Under the pieces are notes generated by a model that saw nothing but the letters and a program-made list of their open reading frames with translations, was not told the DNA's origin and made no database searches. From Octopus bimaculoides (taxonomy: Eukaryota), in the NCBI RefSeq assembly GCF_001194135.2, contig NC_068982.1, positions 33,295,821 through 33,350,043 on the forward strand: 54,223 bases of DNA, given 5' to 3'. Made by a program: the position numbers and the translations under genes. The number at the start of each line of letters is the position of its first letter. Position 1 is the first letter of the stretch. Positions 36,601-45,708 of this stretch are shown one piece after another.

Positions 36601-39600
36601 TTTTGCATAATAGTTAACTTTTGGCAATATTTCTTTTCTGTTAGTACCAATTCTAAAAAGAAAACAAAAATTAGCATTAGAAATTCTTCAACCTATAGTC
36701 ACAATTGGAACAACAAAATAGATTAAATTTAGAGAGAGAGAGAGAGTTGGTGTAGGGAGAAAACCAAGAAAAAATTAGATCCAAATGAAAGAATAACTGA
36801 CTAAAACAGGTTTTCTCATCACAGCTTAGAGTTAAGATAGATTTCATCAACACAAGTTAATTAGTGTTTTAATAACAAAAAAGACATTTCTTCATAATCC
36901 GAACAAGAAAATAAATGAAACAAATAGAAATAATGTATTAGTAATAGTAGATACAACTCTGAAATTAAAATCATTAGTTTTGTTTGTAAAACAGAAGACT
37001 TTATGCAATTTCAAATGTGACCATTAACTCTTTTGCAGGAAACACAATTGCTACAGATTAATGTAAGGCATTCTCTTGTTGGCTGATCATTGAAGATTGA
37101 ATGTTAATGTGTTGAAACATTACTAGTGAGTTTCATTGCATGCATTCCTGTGGAATTGTGATTTGCATGTCATCTATGTAGACTGATATATTTTTTTATA
37201 GATTTAAACGCTCAAAATCAACACAGACGTGCCCAATGGGTCAGGTCATTTTGTTAGCAAAAAGGTGGCCTTCAATCAATGTTGACAAAATATTTGATAT
37301 CTCAGAGGAGACTGAGGGTAACAATGACAGCCTAGATAACAGAGGTGATCTTGATTTGTCATCCTTTTATGATTCAGAGGATGAATAGGATACAAGTGTA
37401 AGTGTTGTAGATAATGACACAATGCATGTGTACACTTGTGCCGAGTCTGGTAGTGGGAAAGAATTGCATGGTGATGGGGATACTTCTGACAAGGCAGATG
37501 ATGTCTTAACAGGTACCGGGTGCATGTAAGTGACTTGGAAAATGACAACCACCCCCCTCTCCCACTGTCATAAATGATTTTATCAGTCAACGTGGACTTG
37601 TACAGACACCAATTGAAATCCACTCATTTTATTTATTTATTTTTTTTTTTGTTGATGCTGATGTGTAGTCTTCATATCAGAATTATCTTGTGATAGAAAC
37701 CAATGAATATTTCACCAACCGTATGAGGAAATATGGGACCACTTCAAAGATGTCTGTGACAACCAATGACACTTGAAAAAAACCAAGATGAGTTGTCGGT
37801 TTACATTTCAATATGGAACTTATACATAAACAAATCATACTGAGTTTTACACAAATTGTCAGAAAATTATTTGCCCACACCATAAGATTTCAAAAAAAAA
37901 TTATCTACTAGTGAAAGGGTTGAAATACCTTTACCGTAAAATAAAGATATGTTTCTTTATTAGCCACACAGGGCTCAACATAGAGGGGACAAAATACAAA
38001 TGCAGAGTTTTTCTTTTCCATGGGGACGAAAATAAAGTAAAAAAATAAAATGGGGATAACGATGAAAAGGCATCAAGGAAACGTTTGGGGTATGTACAAA
38101 AAAAAAAAAAAAAAATTCCAAAAATTTCCCAATAAATGGGGAGGTTATCCGTGGAAAGAAAAACCTACGGTAAAGACCACGGTAACCTCGGTCCTTAGTG
38201 TCACAATTTGTTAAATAAAATTTCTTTTATTTATGCAAGAAACATAAGTAACTCTCTGTTTACAAAATTTTAAACGTTTTATAGAATCATGGTCAAGGTA
38301 GAAATCAAATATAGCTTACCATAAATATGATCTTGTCGTTTCACTTCTTTACTACTTAGCTTTTTGACAACCTGCAATTAAAAACCATGATGTTGTAGTA
38401 AGTGATATTTCAAGACTAATTATTTCAATGTTTATCATTCATCAAATGTTGTATGAATATGAGAACACAGAACACATATGAATGAATACACACACATTTA
38501 TACATTTGCAAGTTTTCAAGAACATCCATCACATAAATCTGAAACAGGATAAAGAAAATCAAATATTAAAACCAAATGAATAAAAATTCAAGCATATTGT
38601 GAACCTATTGGACTTCGTTTATCACACATACACACACACACACCCATACTTGAATGTGTGACTATGTTGTTAAGAAGTTCATTTTACAACCATGAGCTTT
38701 TAAGTACAGTCATATCGTGTGATACCTTGAACAAATGCCATAGACCTAGGCCAACCAAAACCTTGTGATTAAATATGAAAAACAGAAACTGTACAAAACT
38801 CATCAGATATGAATGAATGAATGAAGGCATATTTGCATTTGTCTGTCTGTATGTCTGTATGTATGCATGTATGTATCTATGTGCTCAGATGTGTATGTAT
38901 GTGTGAATATTTACAATTCTGGACTACAAAGTATGAAATTTGTAGTCATTCCCCCATCAACAAATTGTCCATTAGACGGGCTTTCAAAAATGAGCAAAAT
39001 GAAATCTCCTTTATATGCAAAACTGGGCTAGTAACAGCAATAAGGGCTTCTGACTATAAAATGATGCCTCAACCACATATATTTATCTAGCCCAAGCAAG
39101 CATGAAAAACTAGACAAGAAACAAATGGTCAAATGAACAATACTGAGTGTGTGGTTTCAGAAAGGTGCATCCCAACCAATCAGTTTGGGGTTCAATCCCA
39201 CAGCACAGCACCTTGGGCAGGTATCTTCTACTATAGCACTGGTTCAACCCAAAAGCCTTGTGAGTGGATTTGGTAGATGGAAGCTGAAAGAAGCTCTCTC
39301 TCTCGTGTAGATATTGCACTTCTCTGAAAATTGTTCAGATAAGGGCAGTGGCATTGCTGTCATATCCCATGAACAGGGTGTCCACTGGTTTTGTGTCTTT
39401 AATTATGTGTAGAATAAGACATCCCTTACTTGAAAAATTAGAAAGGACATAATAATGCTGCAGTAATATACCCGTGCAACTTAAGCTAGTGTGGAAAAAT
39501 GGGCATAGAAAGCAAAAAAAAAAAAAAAAAAAAGAAAAGATTTTTTTTCTCTCCATCACAACCCTCTTTTCATTTTCTCAACTCCTCCTACTCACCCCTA

Positions 39601-40794
39601 TATAATGTGAGATAACCATGAATCTCCTCTGTAGCAAGACACCTGTCCTTGTTTCTCTATTATATTATAGCCTTTCAACACCTCGCCTAAAGATGCCTCC
39701 CCCTCACTCCCACTTAGTACTAAGGCCTTTTCTTTTTGCTTGCTCTTTTTTTGTCTTATAAGTTATTTGGCAACCTTACAAGTGTTGGTGGCATGAAAAA
39801 AGCACCCAATACACAATGTAAAATGGTTGGCATTAAGAAGGACATCCAAACATAGAAACTATGCCAAAAAGGAAGACAGAATGAGGTAACACTCAAATTT
39901 TCTGCACTTTGTAAGACATATGCATTAAAAAAACAAAGTATTGTTTAAAGTGATATGTAATGTAGAGAGAAAAGACATTGTTACCAAACCATAGTACATA
40001 AAAAAAAATGTTAAGACTTCTCACTATCTTTAATAAATTTCAATAAAACAATACCTTTTTCTCAACTGAGATGCTCCATGCTTCAGGTTCATTTTCTTCC
40101 ATACACAAGAAAGGGTCACTTTCCAAGACTGTCTGATCCATACCATCTGCTTCAGTTAACACAAGAACAATATTTAAGAAAACATTAGACATTTTCAGTT
40201 ATTCAAGTAAAAATCAAAAACCTATATATAGGAATTTTCTTTCTTTGTGAAACATTAATATCTTATAGACATTACAGTGTTAGAGGCAAAATAAAACTAT
40301 AATCACAAGATATGAAGTTTTAAACTTGCAGTGTACTTCACACTAAAAATAAGTATTTACATATAAAAGCAAAAATTTCTCATTTGAGAAATACTAAGTG
40401 TACATAGAATAGCTGCATTTTTTTTTCAGCAAGAATGTATTCTGATAAGAGACAGAGCACAAGAGAAGGGAGGGGGAAATCATCAATAAAACAGCAAAAG
40501 TTTTAAAGGTAATGTAAAAAGCAGGTTTAGGATGACAGGACCAATGTTTTAAAACAGATTTTAATTATTTTAATTGGAGAACTAAACATTAAATACTATA
40601 TTTCAATAGTCTAATTATATGCTGAAAAGTCAGCAGATGTAGATTAATTAAATGGAGGCAAAAATAGAGAGAAATAGGCAAAAGAAAGCTTAATAGAGAA
40701 TGAAGCTTATACTTACGCTCGTCAAGGGATTCCATTGACTCGCTAATGGTTTCACCAATGCTGATAAAAATGGAAGAAAAAAATTAGCATTTCT

Positions 40795-40826
<32 letters not shown>

Positions 40827-42658
40827 CATTTAAAGTCCACTGTTCCATTCCTGCATGAGTCAGATGAAATTTGTTGAAGCAGATTTTCTATAACCAGCTG
40901 CTGCTTCCGAGCATGGTAATATTTTCTCCATGTCTAGGCATGTTTTTCACAGAAAACCGGGAATGAACAACCTTGCTTGTATGATGATGATGCTTATTTA
41001 CAACCAATATGTGACCTAGACACGGGTACGCACAAACATATGCGCACACAAACACACACAGAAAATGGGCTTCTTTCAGTTTCCATCTACTATATTCCCT
41101 CACAAAGCTTTTGCTATGGTAGAAGATTCCTGACCGAAGCCAAAACCACATGGTTGGAAAGCAAGCCTCTTAACCACACAACTACACCTGTACCTATACA
41201 CATATCTAAACAAAACCTATTTAAACCTACATCAGACATTAAAAATGTTGCCTTAAATTTCTATCATGCTGCATCATCATCATCATCATCATCATCATCG
41301 TTTAACGTCCGCTTTCCATGCTAGCATGGGTTGGACGATTTGACTGAGGACTGGTGAAACCGGATGGCAACACCAGGCTCCAATCTAATTTGGCAGAGTT
41401 TCTACAGCTGGATGCCCTTCCTAACGCCAATATATATATATATATGTCTAAGACTATCAAAAGGTAATGAAAGTTAGTGATGGTCTCTACCAGTATTAAA
41501 AAAAATTAACAAAATTTTTAAAATAAAATTTATGAAAATTGAGTTTTGAAGTTTCAAAAAAGTTACCAAGCATATACCTAGTTTATAGTCTTTAGTACTG
41601 TTATAGACACCAAGCAGAATCAATGCATTTTACAAAATTATCAATGATTTCTGGTGAAGGTATATAGCCCAGTAGTTAGGGTGTTGTACTTACAATCATA
41701 AAATCAGGACACCAGGTGGCATACTGTGTTCATGAGCAAAACACCCTCATTTCATATTGCTCCAGTTCACTCAGCTGCAAATGAGTAACCTTGCAACAGA
41801 CTGGGTGTTCTGTGTAAGGAGAATGTCATGGTCTTGGATACTTTTACACCATAAGCCAGTCCACCAAGCCAGCAGGGTTGCATCATTTAAAGGTTACAAC
41901 AATGCAAGGAAGCACATTGTGACTATTGGTGTATAACAATATCTGAGAATTTCACAGATACAAAGATTAATGAATTTTGTCTAGTTTCAAAATTAAACTA
42001 TTTGCCGGGATGTTGTTGATGCCAACAGACTTATCTCTGAGATGGTAGGAAACTAAAAATCTCAAATTTATTTTTCAGACACTAGATGACATCTTCCATT
42101 CTAGTGTATTTCATAGTATATAGAGAGACACAAGCTGACTGAATAATATCATCAGTTCAATTTAAAGCCTAGCTTTCATTGCAAATACCACCTTAGTGTT
42201 CTCAAGGAAATTACAGAGCAGTACTTGTTGCAACCAAGAGAAAGGCAAGTTACTATTTCCTTAGAACATCAGTGCTGATAGTTACAACTATAGAGGCTTA
42301 CACAATCTAAGGGATTTCATAAGCCATTTGAGATTTCTGGAGATTTTTTTTTTAATGTTTAAATATTTTTCAATGCTTTAGTGACTATGCTACTGAGTTT
42401 TCTCTCAGTTTTTCCAGTACATGTATACTTCTGATCAATATATGGTGCAATATTGTTTATCGTCTTTATTGGATAGCACACAGTCACATTAACATTAGCT
42501 TAGACAAGGCGTTTAAAGTTTGTTTCCCCTGTAATAAATGAGATATATAGGTGGTGGGGAAACATATCAGAAAATAATTTAGATAATTTACTAACTTTGA
42601 ATGCATTGATTCTGGACGATTGCTACCATATTCTTCTCTTTCTTCAGAAATTCTGTGG
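460..42658 (-). CDS. ARHGEF18-like: Partial multi-exon Lbc-subfamily Rho guanine nucleotide exchange factor (DH-PH RhoGEF; ARHGEF18/28/2/AKAP13-like, cysts-like); 18 exons, 2068 nt
   Basis: Manual exon chaining: all introns GT-AG and phases compatible across 18 exons. Family motifs EPEAWS...KEVKRQDHIYELVLTE (DH start), LIVTHRLTKYP, ILTNVNSQV (DH end), LIHEGEIGWKTSRGK...MYELVC...W (PH) and PKRAETFAGFD. Exact vertebrate orthology cannot be resolved from the sequence alone. Confidence 0.93.
1151..1259 (-). other. Candidate frame-shifting (poison) cassette exon of the RhoGEF
   Basis: Acceptor CTTTTACAG, donor GTGAGT, 109 nt open in the incoming phase-0 frame; its last T plus GA of the next exon gives TGA. 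Confidence 0.3.
2359..2453 (-). CDS. ARHGEF18-like: RhoGEF exon (phase 1-0): (D)PGQKRPHSYVNQECRSASMFNLHESDSSGSK
   Basis: Acceptor CTTGTTTAG, donor AAG|GTGAGA, 95 nt, phase fits both neighbours. Confidence 0.8.
5013..5165 (-). CDS. ARHGEF18-like: RhoGEF exon (phase 1-1) carrying the PKRAETFAGFD motif
   Basis: Acceptor GTCCTTCAG, donor AAG|GTAAGG, 153 nt; motif matches the conserved P(R/K)RAETF(G/A)GFD of Lbc-family GEFs. Confidence 0.93.
6036..7050. mobile_element. Cluster of three family-A tRNA-headed SINEs: 6036-6248 (+), about 6585-6770 (-), 6866-7050 (+)
   Basis: Shared blocks GAGTTCAAATTCC...CTTTCATCC...AAGTACCAGTTG...GATGTAATC seen in both orientations. Confidence 0.8.
7590..7790 (-). 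mobile_element. Old partial copy of the GTGGAGGC-head SINE (3' half)
   Basis: TGGCACTCTGTC...GTTCCAGTTGATCCAATGAATGGAACAGC...GTTCTCAGGGAGATTCAG aligns to 25713-25850. Confidence 0.75.
8340..8640. promoter_or_regulatory. CpG-retaining non-repeat patch; candidate internal promoter or enhancer
   Basis: 13 CpG in 300 nt versus none in 8641-9000; near-palindrome CGCGGTTAATTAACGCG. Confidence 0.3.
9560..10025 (+). mobile_element. Decayed RTE LINE 3' fragment with tail
   Basis: CEIWAL-like remnant, ending TCCAACCCATGCTAGCATGAAAAG...(GAT)n. Confidence 0.65.
10225..12920 (+). mobile_element. Decayed, internally deleted RTE LINE (5'UTR, endonuclease, part of RT, (GAT)n tail) interrupted by a SINE
   Basis: Remnant peptides SVGKMKGRSTESVE (about 10450), RLLEFCNTNDLTICNT (about 10850), GKSV/GEKC-like...LALTD (about 12040-12090) and CVQIAML (about 12470); tail ...CATGCAAAGCATGG...(GAT)n. 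Confidence 0.8.
11640..11920 (+). mobile_element. RTE-tailed SINE inserted in the old LINE
   Basis: GGTTGGCATTAGGAAGGGCATCCAGCC...CCCATGCCAGCATGGAAA...(GAT)n. Confidence 0.8.
12925..13170 (-). mobile_element. RTE LINE RT C-terminal fragment
   Basis: LTTKGSFLSVRARLCDVCIQSVMLHISEIWAL...KLERNE matches the RTE pattern RLY.ACV.S.MLHGSETW. Confidence 0.85.
14100..14340 (-). mobile_element. Family-C tRNA-headed SINE
   Basis: Reverse complement matches 28513-28800 (TGTGTTCTTGAGCAAGACACTTTATTT...CCAGTTCACTCAGCTG). Confidence 0.8.
15790..15870 (+). mobile_element. Possible LINE RT fragment
   Basis: CAACATGGATTTAGAGCAGGA = QHGFRAG motif; flanks heavily decayed. Confidence 0.3.
18332..18395 (-). CDS. 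ARHGEF18-like: RhoGEF exon (phase 0-1): EKHPLKDDGLENEYLQYALKE
   Basis: Acceptor ATTCTGTAG, donor GTAAGT, 64 nt, joins as ALKE-I-TKL. Confidence 0.8.
18720..18950 (+). mobile_element. RTE-tailed SINE copy
   Basis: AAAAAGCACCC...AGGAAGAGCATCTAGCCATAGAAACC...CCAACCCATACCAG...(GAT)n. Confidence 0.75.
19429..19648 (+). mobile_element. TTAA-MITE copy (same family)
   Basis: Aligns to 30349-30568 and ends AAATGCTAAAGGG. Confidence 0.8.
19711..19883 (-). CDS. ARHGEF18-like: RhoGEF exon (phase 1-0): (E)KMKSLDQEIIKCCDDKK...NLAEAM, post-PH helical region
   Basis: Acceptor TTCTTTCTAG, donor ATG|GTGCGT, 173 nt open. Confidence 0.85.
20585..21060 (+). mobile_element. Decayed RTE LINE 3' fragment
   Basis: KLK*KVYAVCVRSAMIY and DRTKWR remnants. 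Confidence 0.75.
22996..23082 (-). CDS. ARHGEF18-like: RhoGEF exon (phase 1-1): (V)PLEATQSFKKAEEQKIMEIRRQRIRLLF
   Basis: Acceptor TTCTTCTAG, donor TTG|GTAAAT, 87 nt, phase fits both neighbours. Confidence 0.85.
23150..23340 (+). mobile_element. CR1/L2-like LINE 3' end remnant
   Basis: FKQYLNRSLQGIPD...PG...SNSL remnant followed by GATGGTGCT, which resembles the tail of the local family-B SINEs. Confidence 0.45.
23419..23520 (+). mobile_element. Possible Tc1/mariner (pogo/Tc2-like) terminus
   Basis: TA|CCGTAAAAACCC followed by repeated TGTAATTT(G/A)CAC motifs; partner end not found. Confidence 0.3.
24033..24886 (+). mobile_element. Two tandem family-B SINEs (about 24033-24465 and 24500-24886)
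   Basis: Same head, central and tail blocks as 46081-46450; (TG)25 at 24633-24682. Confidence 0.85.
24907..25096 (-). CDS. ARHGEF18-like: RhoGEF exon (phase 0-1), PH domain C-half: SCVIPLYELLVREK...MYELVC...WINHL
   Basis: Acceptor GTATTTCAG, donor ATG|GTAAAT, 190 nt, PH signature with terminal-helix Trp. Confidence 0.95.
25705..26091 (-). mobile_element. Full-length tRNA-derived SINE (GTGGAGGC-head family) with 11-bp TSD
   Basis: A box TGGCCCAGTGG, B box GGTTTCGATTCCC, short A tail; TSD AGTCACAAACT at 25694-25704 and 26092-26102. Confidence 0.92.
26287..26372 (-). CDS. ARHGEF18-like: RhoGEF exon (phase 1-0), PH: (D)VTALVLTDLIVLMQENNQKYTFTMQDNK
   Basis: Acceptor ATTTTCAG, donor AAG|GTTTGT, 86 nt, matches the LL(T/S)D.L..LQE..QKY.F family pattern. 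Confidence 0.95.
27058..27171. repeat. Perfect 57-bp tandem duplication
   Basis: TTTTTTTGTTACTTTACTACTATTGTGTCAATGGTTTATTAATTTGTATTACATGTA twice. Confidence 0.97.
28455..28850 (+). mobile_element. Family-C SINE with a tandemly repeated 36-nt head
   Basis: A box TGGCTCAGTGG repeated at 36-nt period, then B box GAGTTCAATTCCC and body. Confidence 0.85.
28901..28982 (-). CDS. ARHGEF18-like: RhoGEF exon (phase 0-1), PH start: RFDLSANCRKLIHEGEIGWKTSRGKVT
   Basis: Acceptor CTATTTGCAG, donor CTG|GTAAGG, 82 nt. Confidence 0.95.
29996..30162 (-). CDS. ARHGEF18-like: RhoGEF exon (phase 1-0), DH C-terminus and linker: (D)KKDRDNLLLALEHIKDILTNVNSQV...GRKFK
   Basis: Acceptor TTATTTTTTAG, donor AAG|GTAATT, 167 nt, conserved DH Asn present. 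Confidence 0.95.
30334..30772. mobile_element. Nested pair of TTAA-specific (piggyBac-type) MITEs in opposite orientation
   Basis: TTAA at 30330, 30345, 30569 and 30773; CCCTTT(A/C)GCATT-type termini; inner copy 30349-30568. Confidence 0.85.
31343..31710 (+). mobile_element. SINE of the same family, opposite orientation, with 11-bp TSD
   Basis: About 20 substitutions and 2 indels versus the 25.7 kb copy (manual alignment); TSD ATACTAACACT at 31332-31342 and 31711-31721. Confidence 0.92.
31804..32182. mobile_element. hAT (Charlie-type) MITE
   Basis: Termini CAGTGTTTCCCAAC and GTTGGGAAAAGCACTG; 8-bp TSD CTCTAATC / TTCTAATC. Confidence 0.8.
33040..33157 (-). CDS. ARHGEF18-like: RhoGEF exon (phase 0-1), DH CR3: RWSSNSLFAKREIPDFLLIVTHRLTKYPTMIESIVKHTK
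   Basis: Acceptor TTATTTGCAG, donor AAG|GTAGAT, 118 nt. Confidence 0.95.
34229..34351 (-). CDS. ARHGEF18-like: RhoGEF exon (phase 0-0), DH: FDGESSERIKNAYGYFCSHHKES...SLVK
   Basis: Acceptor CCTTTTAACAG, donor AAG|GTAAGT, 123 nt, F.G......AY..FCS.H pattern. Confidence 0.95.
35642..35821 (-). CDS. ARHGEF18-like: RhoGEF exon (phase 0-0), DH: IIFKRLF...MFPCLEELLAIHVSFF...IGKTLIDQ
   Basis: Acceptor TTATTGTAG, donor CAG|GTGAGT, 180 nt, CR2 pattern FP.LEEL..IH..F. Confidence 0.95.
36600..36652 (-). CDS. ARHGEF18-like: RhoGEF exon (phase 1-0), DH CR1: (E)LVLTEKKYCQKLTIMQK
   Basis: Acceptor TTCTTTTTAG, donor AAG|GTAGGT, 53 nt; missed by the ORF track. Confidence 0.95.
37028..37919 (+). mobile_element. 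Decayed piggyBac-like transposon deletion derivative
   Basis: Acidic N-terminal remnant, then LVIETNEYF and VGLHFNMELIHK (like IV.ETN.YA and FLGL..MG..KP); ends TTAA|CTCTTT and GAAAGGG|TTGA. Confidence 0.55.
38320..38371 (-). CDS. ARHGEF18-like: RhoGEF exon (phase 0-1): VVKKLSSKEVKRQDHIY
   Basis: Acceptor TTAATTGCAG, donor ATG|GTAAGC, 52 nt, K.E.KRQ..IYEL motif. Confidence 0.95.
40055..40146 (-). CDS. ARHGEF18-like: RhoGEF exon (phase 1-0): GMDQTVLESDPFLCMEENEPEAWSISVEKK
   Basis: NAGNAG acceptor AAGCAG, donor AAG|GTATTG, 92 nt; pre-DH E.WS motif. Confidence 0.9.
40717..40760 (-). CDS. ARHGEF18-like: RhoGEF exon (phase 2-1): IGETISESMESLDE
   Basis: Acceptor CATTTTTATCAG, donor GTAAGT, 44 nt, phase fits both neighbours. 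Confidence 0.8.
42596..42658 (-). CDS. ARHGEF18-like: RhoGEF exon (phase 2-2): HRISEEREEYGSNRPESMHS; most upstream confident exon
   Basis: Acceptor TCTTTTTTCCAG, donor GTTAGT, 63 nt purine-rich open frame. Confidence 0.75.
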
Positions 42659-44248
42659 CTGGAAAAAAGAAAGAAATAATAAATAAATAAATAAAAGAAC
42701 TATAGAATCATTCAACACACATCATATTTTTATCTTGCATAGACTAATAATCAGTCAAAATTAACTAGATGCAAATGCAATTACTAGATGTTTATGCAGC
42801 AGAAACATGCATCGAACCCAGTTAAATCAAATATGCTGTATAACTGACTGCAGAAATAAAAACAAATATGCAGATGTACTAGTTTCCATATTCAATGTAA
42901 TTGTCTTGGATATGCACATCATCGTTTAATGTCCGCTTCCCATGCTAGTATGGGTTGGACGATTCGACTGAGGACTGGGGAGCCAGATGGCTACACCAGG
43001 TTCCAATCTGATTTGGCAGAGTTTCTACGGCTGGATGCCTTTCCTAATGCCAACCATTCCAAGAGTGTAGTGGGTGCTTTTACATGCCACCGGCACGAAG
43101 GCCAATCAGGCGGTACTGGAATATATATATATATATATATATATATANNNNNNNNNNNNNNNNNNNNNNNNNNNNNNNNNNNNNNNNNNNNNNNNNNNNN
43201 NNNNNNNNNNNNNNNNNNNNNNNNNNNNNNNNNNNNNNNNNNNNNNNNNNNNNNNNNNNNNNNNNNNNNNNNNNNNNNNNNNNNNNNNNNNNNNNTGGGT
43301 ATGTAAAAAAAAAAAAAATGCTCAGAAAGTTAAAATGACAAATTCCTACAAAGAAACCAAGCCTCACTTCTCTTCTTGCTAGCAATAAATCACCATTGCT
43401 TATAGCCAGAATAAGGAGTCAAATGTTTAAACTTCTACAGAGTGACTCTACACGTGAATTCCACATCTGATCACATAGAGAATATGTTTTACAACAATTT
43501 TGATGCAAAGTTATTATTACTCTTAATGTTCAATAGAGACCATTATCTTTCCATTTTAATTCAATATTTAAATTAAGAAATGATACCAAGGAAATCAAGT
43601 AAATATTCAAGGAATTACATACAACAACGTATTGCTAACTCACACTCAAAGATAATACATAGCGCACAATGTATTACACATTCTGTATGTGATACAAAAT
43701 GTATCATATGCATAATCTATCACACACATGCAATGCTTTACAAACTTATGCATAGTGTATAACGGATACTTAATGTAATACACACAAAACGCAATTATAT
43801 GCATACATAATTCATCACACTGAGACAATATATTATTTATATAGATACTGATAATCTATATCTATTGCACACACACACATACATACATATTTGCATACTT
43901 ACTCTAATAAATACATTCACATCATACATACAGGTACACACATAAAGTAACACTAACACTGGGAGTAAAACTGTGAGTGTGTGTACCTAAGTGGGTTTGT
44001 GTGTGTATTTACAAACTATCAGTTCTTTCAATGGGGAAACAGTGAAAAAGGACCTGTCCACTTAAGTGCCAAACTTCAAATTATAGTTTGCTATTAATCT
44101 CTGTACTTCCTATTTCAGAGTTTGTATTTCTGTCCTGATAAAAAAGGATAGATTACCTTTAAAGCTTAATAAATATTTTATTGCAGCAGGTAACATATTT
44201 TGGTGTCTATACCTGATCTTCTTAAGTACCATATATTAACTTTGTCAA

Positions 44249-45448
44249 TCAAATACTTGTTGGAAAAGGAATGTTGTGGTGTGCATGGCAGCTTTTCCAG
44301 GTTTTCATTAGTCAAGTGAAAATTATTAAGGGAGATACTATTTTACAGTTGAATGCTCTTCTTATCAGCAAGTTGCATATATATTTCTAAGAGAACAGTA
44401 TAGAATTTTATACAACATAAGTCTATTGTATTTTATATACGTACACACATATCTATGTATAATTAAAATACCTTATCTACATAAAAGGCTATATTTTACT
44501 TTCCTCTGATAACGAAGTTTTTGATAAAGTTGAAAAACAAAAAAAATTCTGTTGATCAAGATATTGGTAGAGAGAGAGAGAGAGAAGGAGAGAGAGTGTG
44601 TGTGTGTGTGTGTATGAACACATTTGCTACATGTAATGTAAGCAGGTTTACATAACTGATCTTAAGGCTTTGTCCAAGCAACCTTCTCTTGAATTGCAGT
44701 CAACTGCCAATGGGTGCAGCGAAAACAAATCCAGGTTATTGGCAGTATACATTATCCACAGACCCAGATATCTAATCCTATTCATCTTACGTAGGACAAG
44801 CATGTCAGACTCCATATGCTTCTAACACACTGGATACATTGAGNNNNNNNNNNTCAAATACTTGTTGGAAAAGGAATGTTGTGGTGTGCATGGCAGCTTT
44901 TCCAGGTTTTCATTAGTCAAGTGAAAATTATTAAGGGAGATACTATTTTACAGTTGAATGCTCTTCTTATCAGCAAGTTGCATATATATTTCTAAGAGAA
45001 CAGTATAGAATTTTATACAACATAAGTCTATTGTATTTTATATACGTACACACATATCTATGTATAATTAAAATACCTTATCTACATAAAAGGCTATATT
45101 TTACTTTCCTCTGATAACGAAGTTTTTGATAAAGTTGAAAAACAAAAAAAATTCTGTTGATCAAGATATTGGTAGAGAGAGAGAGAGAGAAGGAGAGAGA
45201 GTGTGTGTGTGTGTGTGTATGAACACATTTGCTACATGTAATGTAAGCAGGTTTACATAACTGATCTTAAGGCTTTGTCCAAGCAACCTTCTCTTGAATT
45301 GCAGTCAACTGCCAATGGGTGCAGCGAAAACAAATCCAGGTTATTGGCAGTATACATTATCCACAGACCCAGATATCTAATCCTATTCATCTTACGTAGG
45401 ACAAGCATGTCAGACTCCATATGCTTCTAACACACTGGATACATTGAG
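44249..45448. repeat. 595-bp direct duplication around a 10-N gap; probable assembly overlap artefact
   Basis: 44249-44843 equals 44854-45448 and both copies abut the gap. Confidence 0.9.
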
Positions 45449-45708
45449 CACTTTTATAGGGATTTTTCTTACCACAAAAAGTAGTAGTAGTCGCAGCATC
45501 AGTAGCAGCTGCTGCTGCACAATTCAGCCTAGTAAGTAATGGCTCATCACTGCTAAGCCCCATGTCGATGCATCTCTGTTAGGAAGGCGAGTGACTTAGT
45601 GCTCAAGAGTATTCAGCTCATGATTATAAGGTTCTGAGTTCAATTGCTGGCAATGCACTGTGCCCTTAAGCAAGACGCTTCATTTCTGATTGTTCCAGCC
45701 CATACATA

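Larger units (their letters stand above)
28060..43147 (-). mobile_element. Dispersed RTE-tailed SINE-like copies starting at about 28060, 29270, 29740, 30966, 32500, 33340, 34730, 35088, 35948, 40825, 41268 and 42917
   Basis: Read on + as (CAT)n-TTTAA(C)GTCC..TTTCCATGCT.GCATGGG...GGATGCCCTTCC, although some copies lack or truncate the (CAT)n end; several continue into a family-B head. Span is the envelope, not one element. Confidence 0.8.

Noticed and set aside
43368-43378. 11-nt purine-rich microexon candidate (phase 0-2)
   Set aside because: Weak pyrimidine tract and no matching phase-0 upstream exon found; too short to separate from chance
44107-44134. 28-nt exon-like segment with a good acceptor
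   Set aside because: Open only in phase 0-1; has TGA in the frame needed to bridge to 42658
44249-45448. 595-bp identical tandem duplication as a biological event
   Set aside because: The copies are identical even across microsatellites and sit on either side of a 10-N gap, the signature of unmerged contig overlap
45473-45575. Exon-like segment RCIDMGLSSDEPLL...AATTTTFC with GTAAGA donor
   Set aside because: Ends in phase 1 but the next exon needs phase 2; largely (GCA)/(GTA) low complexity, and the acceptor abuts a SINE head
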